A stretch of DNA of 64,000 nucleotides from Candidatus Melainabacteria bacterium 17Bon1m (GTDB taxonomy: Bacteria > Cyanobacteriota > Vampirovibrionia > Obscuribacterales > Obscuribacteraceae), in the NCBI GenBank assembly GCA_032128875.1, contig JAVLKG010000001.1:416001-480000 (forward strand), in the 5' to 3' direction. How positions within the stretch are numbered: position 1 is the first letter of the stretch; each line of letters starts with the position of its first letter. Below the pieces are notes generated by a model. That model saw only the letters and a program-made list of their open reading frames with translations, was not told the DNA's origin and ran no database searches. The position numbers and the translations under genes are program-made. Of this stretch, positions 18,848 through 27,762 are shown one piece after another.

Positions 18848-21148
18848 TTACGCAAAGTTCGACAAGCCGATTACCGCTTGTCCGAAGGACAGTCCACCGT
18901 CGTTAGCTGGAATGATAGATGGCGTGAATACATTGAAACCACATTCTTCCAAATTCTCTCTGACATCTTTCAGCAGCAGTGTGTTTTGAAACACTCCACC
19001 GGACAGGCAAATATCCCCCACTCCTATATTTGACCTGACTTTTAACAATACATCGCTGATTGCAGCGCTTAGAGTCTGGTGAAATATACGTGCCGCGCAC
19101 GCTTTGGAAATACCACTGTTCAATGCGGTCTGCATCGACTTTAGTATTAAGGTCGATTTTACGATATGCACGTTGTTTTCACTTGGTGCAGCAAAATCAT
19201 ACAGCCTATGTTCTCTGCATTTGCATTGGCGGGCCAAAGCTTCTAGTTCCATTGCGGCCTGTCCTTCGTAAGTAGGCTTGCAGCGATGGTCGATTAAAAC
19301 AGCTGCCGCATCGAATAAGCGTCCACAGCTCGACGTGAGCGGACAATTGATACCGCTGCGAATTTGCTTTCTGACCGTGTTTACCGTCCCTTGTCCGTGG
19401 ATACATTCTAATTCGCTGAGAAATTCGTCGAATTCATTCTGCCCCGCTTTCATTTGCTCTAAATAACCGAGCGCCATTCGCCAGGGATTTTTTGCCGCCA
19501 GATCTCCTCCAGGTAGAGGAACATTCTCCAAATGTGCAAGACGTGTGAATTCTCTGTAGGTACAAAGCAAAAACTCACCGCCCCAAATGTTGCCATCAAT
19601 GCCCAGTCCCATGCCATCAAAAACAACCGCAACGGCTTTTTGAACTTTATGCTCGGCCATTACACTGACGGCGTGGGCATGATGATGCTGAACCCTTATG
19701 AGTGGCAGCTTCAATCTCTCTGACATTTTTTCTGCAATTTGAGCTGTCTTGTAGTCGGGGTGCAGATCGGATATCAAAAGATCGGGTTTGCACTCAAACA
19801 AATCTAGATAGAGTTTAAGAGTATTTTCGTAATTTTCCATTCTTTCTAGCGTCGCAATGTCACCCAGATGTTGACTGATCGTTGCATTATTGTTTTGAGT
19901 GATGCAGAAGGTATTCTTTAAGTGAGCGCCAAAAGCAATTGCTGATTTGCCGGTTTCAAAAGGAAGAGCAACTCTGCCCGGCGTCATCCCTCTTGCCGCG
20001 CGTATGGTCAGCTTCCTATCGGAATCAAATCGCACTATAGAATCGTCGTATCCCGAAAGTATTTGTCTATCGTGCGAAAGCACTCCAATTTCAACAAACT
20101 CGCGTTCAGCATCATCGTCTCGAGTGAAGATTGGCAGTCCTTCATCATTTGCACTAGTGGCAATAAGCGGAAAGTCAGTCGCACCCAAAAGCAGGTAATG
20201 AAGCGGCGAATTCGGCAGCATTGCTCCTATTTCATCCAACCCTGAGTTGATGCACTTCGATAATTCCTGGCCGTCTCTTTGTTTGAGTAATACAATTGGT
20301 CGAACTGGACTGTTGAGAAGCTTTTTCTCAGAATTACTAATCTGACAATAGGCTTCCACTTCTTGCATATCGTGAAACATTACAGCCAGTGGCTTGTCTT
20401 TGCGATTTTTGAGACTTCTAATTTTTTTTACAACTGCATCTTCCTTTGCATTGCCCATCAGGTGGTAGCCGCCCAGACCTTTTACAGCAACTATTTCGTT
20501 GTCGAGCAATGCTTGTTGAGCTCTTTGAAGGGCATCACTTCCAATAATTGGTGTTTCTTTCTTTTGTTTGAAAGTTAACTTCGGACCGCATAACTCACAG
20601 GCGTTGGGCTGGGCGTGAAATCTCCTGTCTGACGGAGTTTTATACTCTTGCAGGCACAGCGAACACATTGCGAACGCTCTCATCGTGGTCGATTGTCTGT
20701 CATAAGGAAGCTTTTCGATGATGGTGAAACGTGGTCCGCAGTTTGTGCAATTGATAAATGGATACTGGTAGCGCCTGTTCTCCTCTGAAAACAACTCTTT
20801 CAGGCATTCTTCGCAAACGGCGGTGTCGAGCGGAATTTGTCGTGAATCCGCCAAGCTGTCCTGGCTATCGATAATTTGGAATTCCGACTCTCCTAAATTC
20901 ACGGGGAAGTCAGAGACATCCAATTCAGTAATTGACGCTAAAGGTGGCAAACTCCTATGAAAACTATCGATGAAGTTTTCAATGTCTTGCAGCTCTCCTT
21001 GAATCTCTATATCGACAGCACCGCCTAAATTGCAGACAAAGCCCGTCAAGAGGTGCTTTTGCGCCAGATTGAATACGAAAGGTCGAAAGCCTACGCCTTG
21101 CACGAGCCCTTTGGCGTGGAGCTTTCGTCTGGATAAGGTCTTTTGCAT
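18848..21148 (-). CDS. hypF: Carbamoyltransferase HypF
   Basis: GLVQGVGFRP acylphosphatase domain, Zn fingers (CTNCGPR, RRFHAQP), QHHHAH, PANDGG. Confidence 0.97.
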   Translation of the reverse strand: MQKTLSRRKLHAKGLVQGVGFRPFVFNLAQKHLLTGFVCNLGGAVDIEIQGELQDIENFIDSFHRSLPPLASITELDVSDFPVNLGESEFQIIDSQDSLADSRQIPLDTAVCEECLKELFSEENRRYQYPFINCTNCGPRFTIIEKLPYDRQSTTMRAFAMCSLCLQEYKTPSDRRFHAQPNACELCGPKLTFKQKKETPIIGSDALQRAQQALLDNEIVAVKGLGGYHLMGNAKEDAVVKKIRSLKNRKDKPLAVMFHDMQEVEAYCQISNSEKKLLNSPVRPIVLLKQRDGQELSKCINSGLDEIGAMLPNSPLHYLLLGATDFPLIATSANDEGLPIFTRDDDAEREFVEIGVLSHDRQILSGYDDSIVRFDSDRKLTIRAARGMTPGRVALPFETGKSAIAFGAHLKNTFCITQNNNATISQHLGDIATLERMENYENTLKLYLDLFECKPDLLISDLHPDYKTAQIAEKMSERLKLPLIRVQHHHAHAVSVMAEHKVQKAVAVVFDGMGLGIDGNIWGGEFLLCTYREFTRLAHLENVPLPGGDLAAKNPWRMALGYLEQMKAGQNEFDEFLSELECIHGQGTVNTVRKQIRSGINCPLTSSCGRLFDAAAVLIDHRCKPTYEGQAAMELEALARQCKCREHRLYDFAAPSENNVHIVKSTLILKSMQTALNSGISKACAARIFHQTLSAAISDVLLKVRSNIGVGDICLSGGVFQNTLLLKDVRENLEECGFNVFTPSIIPANDGGLSFGQAVIGLSNFA

Positions 21149-21189
21149 GCTTAAAAGCCAGCCGTTCTATAGGCTCCCATTTTGGCACA

Positions 21190-21205
21190 TCCTCCCAAAG
21201 TATGA
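21190..21205. promoter_or_regulatory. Regulon box in the hypF/USP divergent promoter
   Basis: TCCT-CCCAAAGT-ATGA. Confidence 0.6.
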
Positions 21206-21352
21206 CTTTCTTTCAAAGTGGCGTTTTTCTGCTCATAATCGGAATGGTCCAGACGAACGATATGTTCCAGCCTGAAATTGGACAAAATGGTACTTGGATG
21301 CTGCCATGGGCGTCGCTTCTAATTCGGCGTCCGATTTCCTGGAGGAGAGACA

Positions 21353-21793
21353 ATGAAGGTTTTGATTGCTGCTGAAGAATCAGAATGCTCCAGACGAGCG
21401 GTCCAAGCAGTGTTGGAAAGACAGTGGCCAGAAGATTCGCAATTTAGAGTGATAAATGTCTGTGAATCATTTCCGGTTTTGGGCGCAAAGATTCGACCAA
21501 CTTATGTAATGGCTGAAAATGAGATGCTCAGACAAAAGAAATCCCAAGTACGTATGGACATCGTCGAGCTTCGCAAAGTCTATCCGGTCAATCTGGTTAG
21601 TGGAGATGTCCTTAAGGGCGACCCGTGCGCGTGCATACTCGAAGAAGCAAAAGATTGGGGCGCGGACCTGATTATCCTTGGCACCCATGGAAGAGAGGGC
21701 ATTTCGCGTGCCTTTCTGGGCAGTGTGGCAGAAGGTGTTGCCGGAAATGCCGGCTGTTCTGTCGAGGTAGTCAAAGCAAAAAGAACGCACTGA
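21353..21793 (+). CDS. Universal stress protein
   Basis: MKVLIA; ADLIILGTHGREGISRAFLGSVA. Confidence 0.92.
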   Translation: MKVLIAAEESECSRRAVQAVLERQWPEDSQFRVINVCESFPVLGAKIRPTYVMAENEMLRQKKSQVRMDIVELRKVYPVNLVSGDVLKGDPCACILEEAKDWGADLIILGTHGREGISRAFLGSVAEGVAGNAGCSVEVVKAKRTH

Positions 21794-21817
21794 TTAAGTT
21801 ACAGGAGAAGTTTTCTG

Positions 21818-22273
21818 ATGAAAGTTTTAATTGCTGTTGAAGAATCTGAATGCTCGAGGCTTGCGCTCGAGTCGGTGGTAAAGCGACATTGGCCGGAAGG
21901 TTCCCAATTTAGGGTAATTAGTGTCGTCGAGCCGATGCCATTTTACGGAGCGGAAATTTACTCTCCTCACGTAATCAACTCTATTGTCGAGGCTGAAAAA
22001 GAGGTTAGTAATCGCAAGCGTCAACTCGTGAAAGAGGACGTCGAGCTTCTGAAGGCGGCACATTCTGCGGATTCAGTGAGTGGGGATGTTCTCGCCGGCG
22101 ATGTTCGTCACTGTATTCTCGATGAATCTAAAGAATGGGGCGCTGATTTAATTGTCTTAGGCTCTCATGCAAGAAAAGGTTTCTCCAAGCTCTTTCTGGG
22201 CAGTGTGGCGGAAGGCGTCGCCGGCAATGCTGATTGCTCGGTGGAGATAGTAAAAGGCAAAATCACGCACTAA
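21818..22273 (+). CDS. Universal stress protein
   Basis: MKVLIAV; ADLIVLGSHARKGFSKLFLGSVA; close paralog of the 5062 and 21353 USPs. Confidence 0.92.
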   Translation: MKVLIAVEESECSRLALESVVKRHWPEGSQFRVISVVEPMPFYGAEIYSPHVINSIVEAEKEVSNRKRQLVKEDVELLKAAHSADSVSGDVLAGDVRHCILDESKEWGADLIVLGSHARKGFSKLFLGSVAEGVAGNADCSVEIVKGKITH

Positions 22274-22293
22274 AAATACAGAGAGGCAGAGAC

Positions 22294-22791
22294 ATGAAAG
22301 TCATTATTGCGGTCGACGAATCGACCTATGGAAAGAAAATTATAGAGGCAATTGCTCATCGCAAATGGCAGCCTGATACTGCATTTCGAATCATTTCGGT
22401 GGTTGAGCCCGTTGCTTGGGAAGAAGTGGAAAATGAAAATTGGACAGATTTGTCCAAAAATATGTTTGAGAAAAGAAAGAGAAACGCCACTAAGCTTTGC
22501 CTAGAGCTCAAAAAGACTCTTGAATTACAGCATCCTGATTGCACCGTCCATTACGATGTGCTGGAAGGAAGCCCCAGAAAAGAGATTATTAAAGCGGCTG
22601 TTGACTGGATGGCCGACAAGATTCTAATCGGAGCACATGGCCATGACCTTTGCGACCGTTTTGTTTGGGGCGGAGTCTCACGAGCTGTTGCAGTTGCCGC
22701 ACCTTGTTCTGTGGAAATAGTTCGTCCTTATACACCCCACAAAAGGGACGACGCAAAGAAGGACAAAGTGTCTGAGAAAGCTACCGTCTAG
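22294..22791 (+). CDS. Universal stress protein
   Basis: MKVIIAVD; ADKILIGAHG...APCSVEIV. Confidence 0.9.
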   Translation: MKVIIAVDESTYGKKIIEAIAHRKWQPDTAFRIISVVEPVAWEEVENENWTDLSKNMFEKRKRNATKLCLELKKTLELQHPDCTVHYDVLEGSPRKEIIKAAVDWMADKILIGAHGHDLCDRFVWGGVSRAVAVAAPCSVEIVRPYTPHKRDDAKKDKVSEKATV

Positions 22792-22927
22792 GGTAGGTCC
22801 GGAGCATCCCTTGGAATAACCGCCAAGAACCGTCCCCAAGAATTCTCTAACGATCATTCCTCAGAAGCATGCGACGTTCGACACTTGCAGGCAGAATGTA
22901 AAAACAAATCGGCATTCCAGGAAAGAA

Positions 22928-23479
22928 GTGATTGATATGTATGCACTTAAACACTCAGAATATCCCCATTGCTCCCACTCTGAGCAAGAGTCGCCTTCGG
23001 GGCTTTGCATAATAACGATCGGCAATAATCTGAGGGGCGACGACGGCATCGCCATGAAAATATGCGATAAGCTGCCGCCAACTCTTGTTGATGACGTTTG
23101 CAGATTTGATCTTGGGACCTACACGAGCTACCTGGGTTCCTGTCTACAAGGACACAAAGCTGCCATTATCATCGACTCGACGAGTAATTCGTGCATGCCC
23201 GGCTCCATTACAATCGTCGATTTGAAAGCATACCTTGAAGACCAGAAGGGCTCCGCATTTGGAGTGAAAACTACTCATGGTTTTTCTCTTGTAGACGAGC
23301 TGAAATTGCTTAGCGAAGTCTCTGAGCTGCCCGATAGACTGATGCTTCTTGGAGTTGAAATCAAGGATGTCAACTCTGATAAAGTAAGTCCTGCTCTTCA
23401 ATCAAAAGTGCCGCGATTAGTGTCTAATCTGTCATTCCTTGTGGAGAGAATTTTGGAGACTCTAAAGAAGAATGCATGA
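22928..23479 (+). CDS. Hydrogenase maturation endopeptidase (HycI/HybD family)
   Basis: IGNNLRGDDG, IIIDS, TTHG; weak box at 22854-22869 with CAGAAT at 22892. Confidence 0.85.
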   Translation: MIDMYALKHSEYPHCSHSEQESPSGLCIITIGNNLRGDDGIAMKICDKLPPTLVDDVCRFDLGTYTSYLGSCLQGHKAAIIIDSTSNSCMPGSITIVDLKAYLEDQKGSAFGVKTTHGFSLVDELKLLSEVSELPDRLMLLGVEIKDVNSDKVSPALQSKVPRLVSNLSFLVERILETLKKNA

Positions 23480-23861
23480 GGCAACGATTGCGCAATCGAT
23501 TCTCAACATAGTCACCGACAGACTAAAATCTGTCGGTGTTGATGCTTGCGCCTTAAGCGTCGAGATCGTCTTAGGTGAGTTTCGCAATGTTGACCCGGAG
23601 TCTCTAAGCTTCGCTTTCGATAGTATGAAAGATCTTTGTCCTGCAACTTCAAATTGCCGACTGGATATCAACGTGATCAATGCTTCAGCGCTGTGTTCGG
23701 AAAATGCGCACAATTATAGACCCGTCGCTGAACTAGCGTATCGATGCCCGGCATGCGATGGCGGTATTGCGAAGATGGTGCATGGTGAGGAATTAGATGT
23801 GGTAAATCTGATCATCGAAGTTGCAAATGAGGAGAAAAAACATGCACGAATCGCCGGATGA
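23472..23861 (+). CDS. hypA: Nickel metallochaperone HypA
   Basis: MHEATIA, VDPESL.FAF, CPAC, GEEL. Confidence 0.92.
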   Translation: MHEATIAQSILNIVTDRLKSVGVDACALSVEIVLGEFRNVDPESLSFAFDSMKDLCPATSNCRLDINVINASALCSENAHNYRPVAELAYRCPACDGGIAKMVHGEELDVVNLIIEVANEEKKHARIAG

Positions 23862-24549
23862 ACACGCTCTTGAGCGCATCCTTGGTAAAAACGAGGAGAT
23901 GGCTGAGCACAACAGCGATCATTTTCAGCGCTCCAAGACATGCGTGTTTAATCTTATGAGCGCCCCGGGTGCTGGAAAGACAACTCTTCTCGAGGCAACG
24001 CTGAGAAGCACTAAGAAGCAATTTACGTCTGCCGTTATCGAAGGCGATATGGTTGGCGATCTAGATGCAGACAGAATCAAAGCATTAAATGTGCCTGTGT
24101 ATCAAATCTCAACAGGGCGCAGTTGCCATCTCGATGCGCAGATGGTGGGTCGTTTGCTGCATGCAGAGAGCATTGTGGCCACACAGGCTCTTTTTATCGA
24201 GAACGTTGGAAATCTTGTTTGTCCAGCCGAGTTTCCACTGGGAGAATTTCGTCGCGTCGTTCTTCTATCTGTGACAGAGGGTGATGACAAGCCAATAAAA
24301 TATCCGGTAATTTTCCGAAACTGCGACCTGGTTGTATTCACAAAATGTGATCTGCTTGAGTATGTCAATTTCGATTTGAGTGCCGCTGAGAAGAATTTGA
24401 AGGCTCTCAATCCCAAACTAAAAACGCTGCGGGTATCATCGAAGACAGGCGATGGCATCGACGAATGGATAAATTGGCTGAACAACCAAATGACTGAGTA
24501 TCAGGCTCAACTTAAAAACGAACACCATGTGCATCACGCTGCCCACTAA
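23842..24549 (+). CDS. hypB: Nickel insertion GTPase HypB
   Basis: PGAGKT, CHLDA, ENVGNLVCPA, EGDDKP.KYP, TKCDL. Confidence 0.96.
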   Translation: MHESPDEHALERILGKNEEMAEHNSDHFQRSKTCVFNLMSAPGAGKTTLLEATLRSTKKQFTSAVIEGDMVGDLDADRIKALNVPVYQISTGRSCHLDAQMVGRLLHAESIVATQALFIENVGNLVCPAEFPLGEFRRVVLLSVTEGDDKPIKYPVIFRNCDLVVFTKCDLLEYVNFDLSAAEKNLKALNPKLKTLRVSSKTGDGIDEWINWLNNQMTEYQAQLKNEHHVHHAAH

Positions 24550-24745
24550 GGTTCTTTCTCTGGAAGGAAATAACGCCAGAGTTGATATTGCCGGACACGA
24601 GAGGAAAATTTTTATTCCCTTCGATAACGTGTTTCCTGGTCAATGGGTTCTCGTTTACGCCGGCGCTGCCATCGCAGTCATCGACGAGAAAGAAGCTCTC
24701 GAAATACTCGGATATTTGGACAGAGCCGCCAATTTGATGTCCTGA
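24527..24745 (+). CDS. hypC: Second, divergent HypC/HybG-family protein
   Basis: MCITLP; G.WVLVYAG.AI.VIDE.EA. Confidence 0.85.
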   Translation: MCITLPTKVLSLEGNNARVDIAGHERKIFIPFDNVFPGQWVLVYAGAAIAVIDEKEALEILGYLDRAANLMS

Positions 24746-24761
24746 TCATAGGTCCGCTTTG

Positions 24762-24830
24762 GTCATACTTAAGTATGACTTTTGTCTGATACTTTGAGCC
24801 GATATGCCATGCTGCAAAAGGCGGTATCTT
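24762..24830 (+). promoter_or_regulatory. Perfect 18-bp palindrome, second box and -10-like TATCTT
   Basis: GTCATACTTAAGTATGAC (24762-24779); TGAT-ACTTTGAG-CCGA (24787-24802); TATCTT (24825-24830). Confidence 0.75.
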
Positions 24831-24835
24831 AAGGG

Positions 24836-24937
24836 TGCAGAGAAACCCAAGGTGGAGAAAAAAGACTCCCCGCGGGCAGCAGGCACCAGAGCTATGCTCA
24901 GAGCCTGAAGACGCCAGTATTACTGGCGTCTTCTTTT
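24836..24937 (+). ncRNA. Candidate ~100-nt small RNA (or attenuator) between hypC2 and the hydrogenase operon
   Basis: Has its own boxed promoter, internal hairpins (GGAG/CTCC; CAGGC..GAGC-TAT-GCTC..GCCTG) and a terminator; no family recognised. Confidence 0.4.
24907..24937 (+). terminator. Intrinsic terminator
   Basis: GAAGACGCCAGTA-T-TACTGGCGTCTTC followed by TTTT. Confidence 0.8.
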
Positions 24938-24991
24938 GTGTCGTGGTGATTGCGCTATAAGTAGCCTCGCAGTTCGGCACTTTTTTCTTAT

Positions 24992-25035
24992 TAGTCCTGC
25001 CGAACGATACTTTAGAAGACATATTCGTCTGTAAT
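24992..25035 (+). promoter_or_regulatory. Hydrogenase operon box (24992-25007) plus -10-like TGTAAT (25030-25035)
   Basis: TAGT-CCTGCCGA-ACGA; 22-nt spacer. Confidence 0.55.
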
Positions 25036-25069
25036 GGTTGTGTTCGCCCCTTACGGCTCGACCCTGAAG

Positions 25070-26107
25070 ATGTCCCGAACTTTTCTATTACCAAAATCAC
25101 GATTCTGCGAGTTTTTCAGCTATTTGAAAGGGCTCGGCAAATTTTTTGCGCCTGTTCGCGTTTCCGAGCAGTCGTTTTCATTCAAGGAAATTGAAAACGA
25201 AGGCGAAATTGCTTGGGATGCACTAAGAACAATACTCCCGCCGAAGAAGTTCTTTTACCCGCAAAGGGAAACAGTGCTTAAGTACGATGGAAACGAAGTC
25301 AAAGCGACTGTTCCGGAAGACAATTTTCAAATCATTTTTGGCGTCCATCCGTGCGATCTGGCGGGTCTTGGAATTATGGACACCATTTTTGAGGCAGCTC
25401 CCAGCGATACTCATTACACAAAGCGGCGAGAACAAAGTCTTGTTATAGGTTTGTCTTGTATGCCGGACAAGTTTTGCTTTTGTCAGTCGATGGGAACTTC
25501 TTGCCCAACCAAAGGGTACGATCTTTTCTTGACTGATTTACGCGATGCTTTTTTCGGACAAGTTGACACCGCTCGCGCTGAGCAGGTACTGGCCGGCTGC
25601 GATCATTTGTTTTCGCCTGTTTCGGAAAATGATAAAGACAGCTACAAAGAATTTTGGATAGAGCGCGATAAGGCATTTACAAACGGTTTTGAGCCCGACA
25701 ATTTGCGCTCCACCCTAGATATGGAATGGGACAATCCACTATGGGATGAGCTGGGCAAAAGGTGCTTGAGTTGCGGCAATTGCACTCCTGTTTGTCCCAC
25801 TTGCTATTGTTTCGACCTTGTCGATATCGCCAATTTGAATGGACAGTCGGGAGAAAGACAGCGGGAATGGGATAGCTGTCAATTCGTTGGTTTTGCACAA
25901 GTTGCTGGTGACTACAATTTCCGACCGACACCGGTGGATCGTCTCAAATTTTGGTATCGCCACAAGTTGCATGGTTTTGACGATCCTTACGGATTCAAGA
26001 CGTGTGTTGGCTGCGGAAGATGCACGGTTTCATGTCCTTCCGGGATAGATGACATTGTCGACGTTGTGAAAAGGCTTCAAGGAAATAATGAACAATCCAA
26101 TAAGTAA
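25070..26107 (+). CDS. hyhB: Group 3b [NiFe]-hydrogenase beta subunit (4Fe-4S dicluster)
   Basis: PPKKFFYP, GVHPCD, CFC, CLSCGNCTPVCPTCYC, WDSC, CVGCGRCTVSCP. Confidence 0.9.
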   Translation: MSRTFLLPKSRFCEFFSYLKGLGKFFAPVRVSEQSFSFKEIENEGEIAWDALRTILPPKKFFYPQRETVLKYDGNEVKATVPEDNFQIIFGVHPCDLAGLGIMDTIFEAAPSDTHYTKRREQSLVIGLSCMPDKFCFCQSMGTSCPTKGYDLFLTDLRDAFFGQVDTARAEQVLAGCDHLFSPVSENDKDSYKEFWIERDKAFTNGFEPDNLRSTLDMEWDNPLWDELGKRCLSCGNCTPVCPTCYCFDLVDIANLNGQSGERQREWDSCQFVGFAQVAGDYNFRPTPVDRLKFWYRHKLHGFDDPYGFKTCVGCGRCTVSCPSGIDDIVDVVKRLQGNNEQSNK

Positions 26108-26942
26108 TTCGCGGTGTCCTCTTACACCATCTCGTGGCGTTATTCGCTCGATAATTCCGATGGCCAGTGATAACACCTTGTTTCAAATTACTGTCGAAGA
26201 AGATGGTCTTAACAATTGTATGCCAGGACAGTTCGTCCAGCTCTGGGTTCCTGGTGTCGGAGAGTCTCCTATTTCGGTCTGCTCCGGTCATGTCGGCGCA
26301 ACGATTGAACTGACTGTGCGCAAAGTAGGTCGAGTGACCAGTGCACTCTTTCAAATGAATGAGGGCGATTGGGTGGGCCTTCGCGGACCCTATGGAAATG
26401 GCTTTCCAGTCGAGCAGTACAAAGGAAAAGATCTTTGCTTGATTGCAGGGGGACTGGGGGTTGCGCCGATTAGATCCCTCTGGCAATACGTCCTTGATCA
26501 CAGAGAAAACTTTGGAAAAATCACTTTGATTTATGGCATGCGACATTCAATAGATCTGCTTTTCAGAAGCGAGTTCAAAATGCTATTGAGACGCAGAGAT
26601 ATGGATGTTTTCATCGCCGCTGAAGAATTGTGTGGTCCCGCTTTACCACCAATTTCTGTGCAATTGGGGCGTGTTACGGACATGATCAAGGCGGCTTCTC
26701 TCTCTCCTTGCGTTGAGGTTGCGGTGTGTGGACCACCTGTCATGTACAAGTACGTTATTAATGAACTGAAAGCAAAAGATATAGCGGAATCTCAGATTTG
26801 GCTGTCTTTAGAGCGGCATATGAAGTGTGGTATTGGCAAATGTGGACATTGTTTTATCGGTGGAGCGTTTGCTTGCAAAGCGGGGCCCGTTTTCAATTTG
26901 CCGCAGTTGCGTTTACTTCCTGAAGCAGTTGAGTGTGCTTGA
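26088..26942 (+). CDS. hyhG: Group 3b hydrogenase gamma subunit (FAD/NAD(P)-binding, 2Fe-2S)
   Basis: PGQFV, GE.PIS, RGPYGNGF, AGGLG.AP, CGPP.M, ERHMKCGIGKCGHC. Confidence 0.92.
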   Translation: MNNPISNSRCPLTPSRGVIRSIIPMASDNTLFQITVEEDGLNNCMPGQFVQLWVPGVGESPISVCSGHVGATIELTVRKVGRVTSALFQMNEGDWVGLRGPYGNGFPVEQYKGKDLCLIAGGLGVAPIRSLWQYVLDHRENFGKITLIYGMRHSIDLLFRSEFKMLLRRRDMDVFIAAEELCGPALPPISVQLGRVTDMIKAASLSPCVEVAVCGPPVMYKYVINELKAKDIAESQIWLSLERHMKCGIGKCGHCFIGGAFACKAGPVFNLPQLRLLPEAVECA

Positions 26943-27703
26943 AGATGGAAACGAATCCGCGTCCTTGCATTGCAGTAGAAGGGCTGACTGGGTGTGCCGG
27001 TGAGCTTCTTGTGATATTGGAAAATCTTGATAAATTGCTTCCCTTTGTCAGGGTGGCGAGCTTTCCTTTTGCGCAGAGCCAAAATGATGATGGTCCCGTT
27101 GATATCGCTTTTGTGGAAGGAAGCGTCAGCCAGCCGCATGACTTGGAAAAACTAAAAAGAATCCGTGCTAAAGCAAGGTGGCTTGTTGCTGTCGGGAATT
27201 GCGCGGTCTGGGGTTGCGTACAAGGAGGCGCCTGCGCAAAATGCAAAGTCACCGAGATGCTCGAAGCGGTCTATGGACAGCACAGCGAGATTCAAGCTCT
27301 TGAGTCCAAACCCCTTGATGCATACGTCAATGTCGATGTGAAACTTTCCGGTTGTCCTATAGACAAAACACAGTTTTTGTCAGTCACTGCCAGTTTGCTG
27401 AAAGATCACCTGCCTTACATCACTCACAAACCTGTTTGCCTGGAATGCAAGCTGAAGGAGAATCCTTGTGTGTTGATTGAGAAAAACCTACCCTGCCTGG
27501 GACCCGTTACCGCAGCAGGATGCGGTGCCCTTTGTCCAAGCCTGGGCGCTGCCTGTTATGGCTGCTGGGGACCCAGCCAAGACCCGCAAATGGATGCTAT
27601 GGCAACGATACTAAGCGAGAAAGGTTATGAAGCACTGGAGATAATGAATAGACTTAAGACATTTGGAGCCCCGGCTCATCTTTTTGAACGTATGAATGTT
27701 TAG
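26933..27703 (+). CDS. hyhS: Group 3b hydrogenase small (delta) subunit
   Basis: VEGSV, GNCA..G, GCP, VC.EC....C, CLGPVT.AGC.A.CP....CYGC.GP. Confidence 0.92.
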   Translation: MCLKMETNPRPCIAVEGLTGCAGELLVILENLDKLLPFVRVASFPFAQSQNDDGPVDIAFVEGSVSQPHDLEKLKRIRAKARWLVAVGNCAVWGCVQGGACAKCKVTEMLEAVYGQHSEIQALESKPLDAYVNVDVKLSGCPIDKTQFLSVTASLLKDHLPYITHKPVCLECKLKENPCVLIEKNLPCLGPVTAAGCGALCPSLGAACYGCWGPSQDPQMDAMATILSEKGYEALEIMNRLKTFGAPAHLFERMNV

Positions 27704-27762
27704 GTGAATCCATTGGGATTCTTTTCATATAGACTTAATTGATTTGGGCGAAGGAAAGGCAC

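Noticed and set aside
24836-24960. NiCo (nickel/cobalt) riboswitch upstream of the hydrogenase
   Set aside because: There is only a short AGCAGGC...GCC resemblance, and I could not build the four-way junction. An Rfam search would settle it.
24678-25100. 140-aa minus-strand ORF in the hypC2-hydrogenase gap
   Set aside because: It overlaps both neighbours antisense and spans the boxes and terminator; no protein-like features.
25070-26942. Anaerobic sulfite reductase AsrAB
   Set aside because: These subunits are homologous to AsrAB, but they are followed by NiFe small and large subunits and there is no AsrC.
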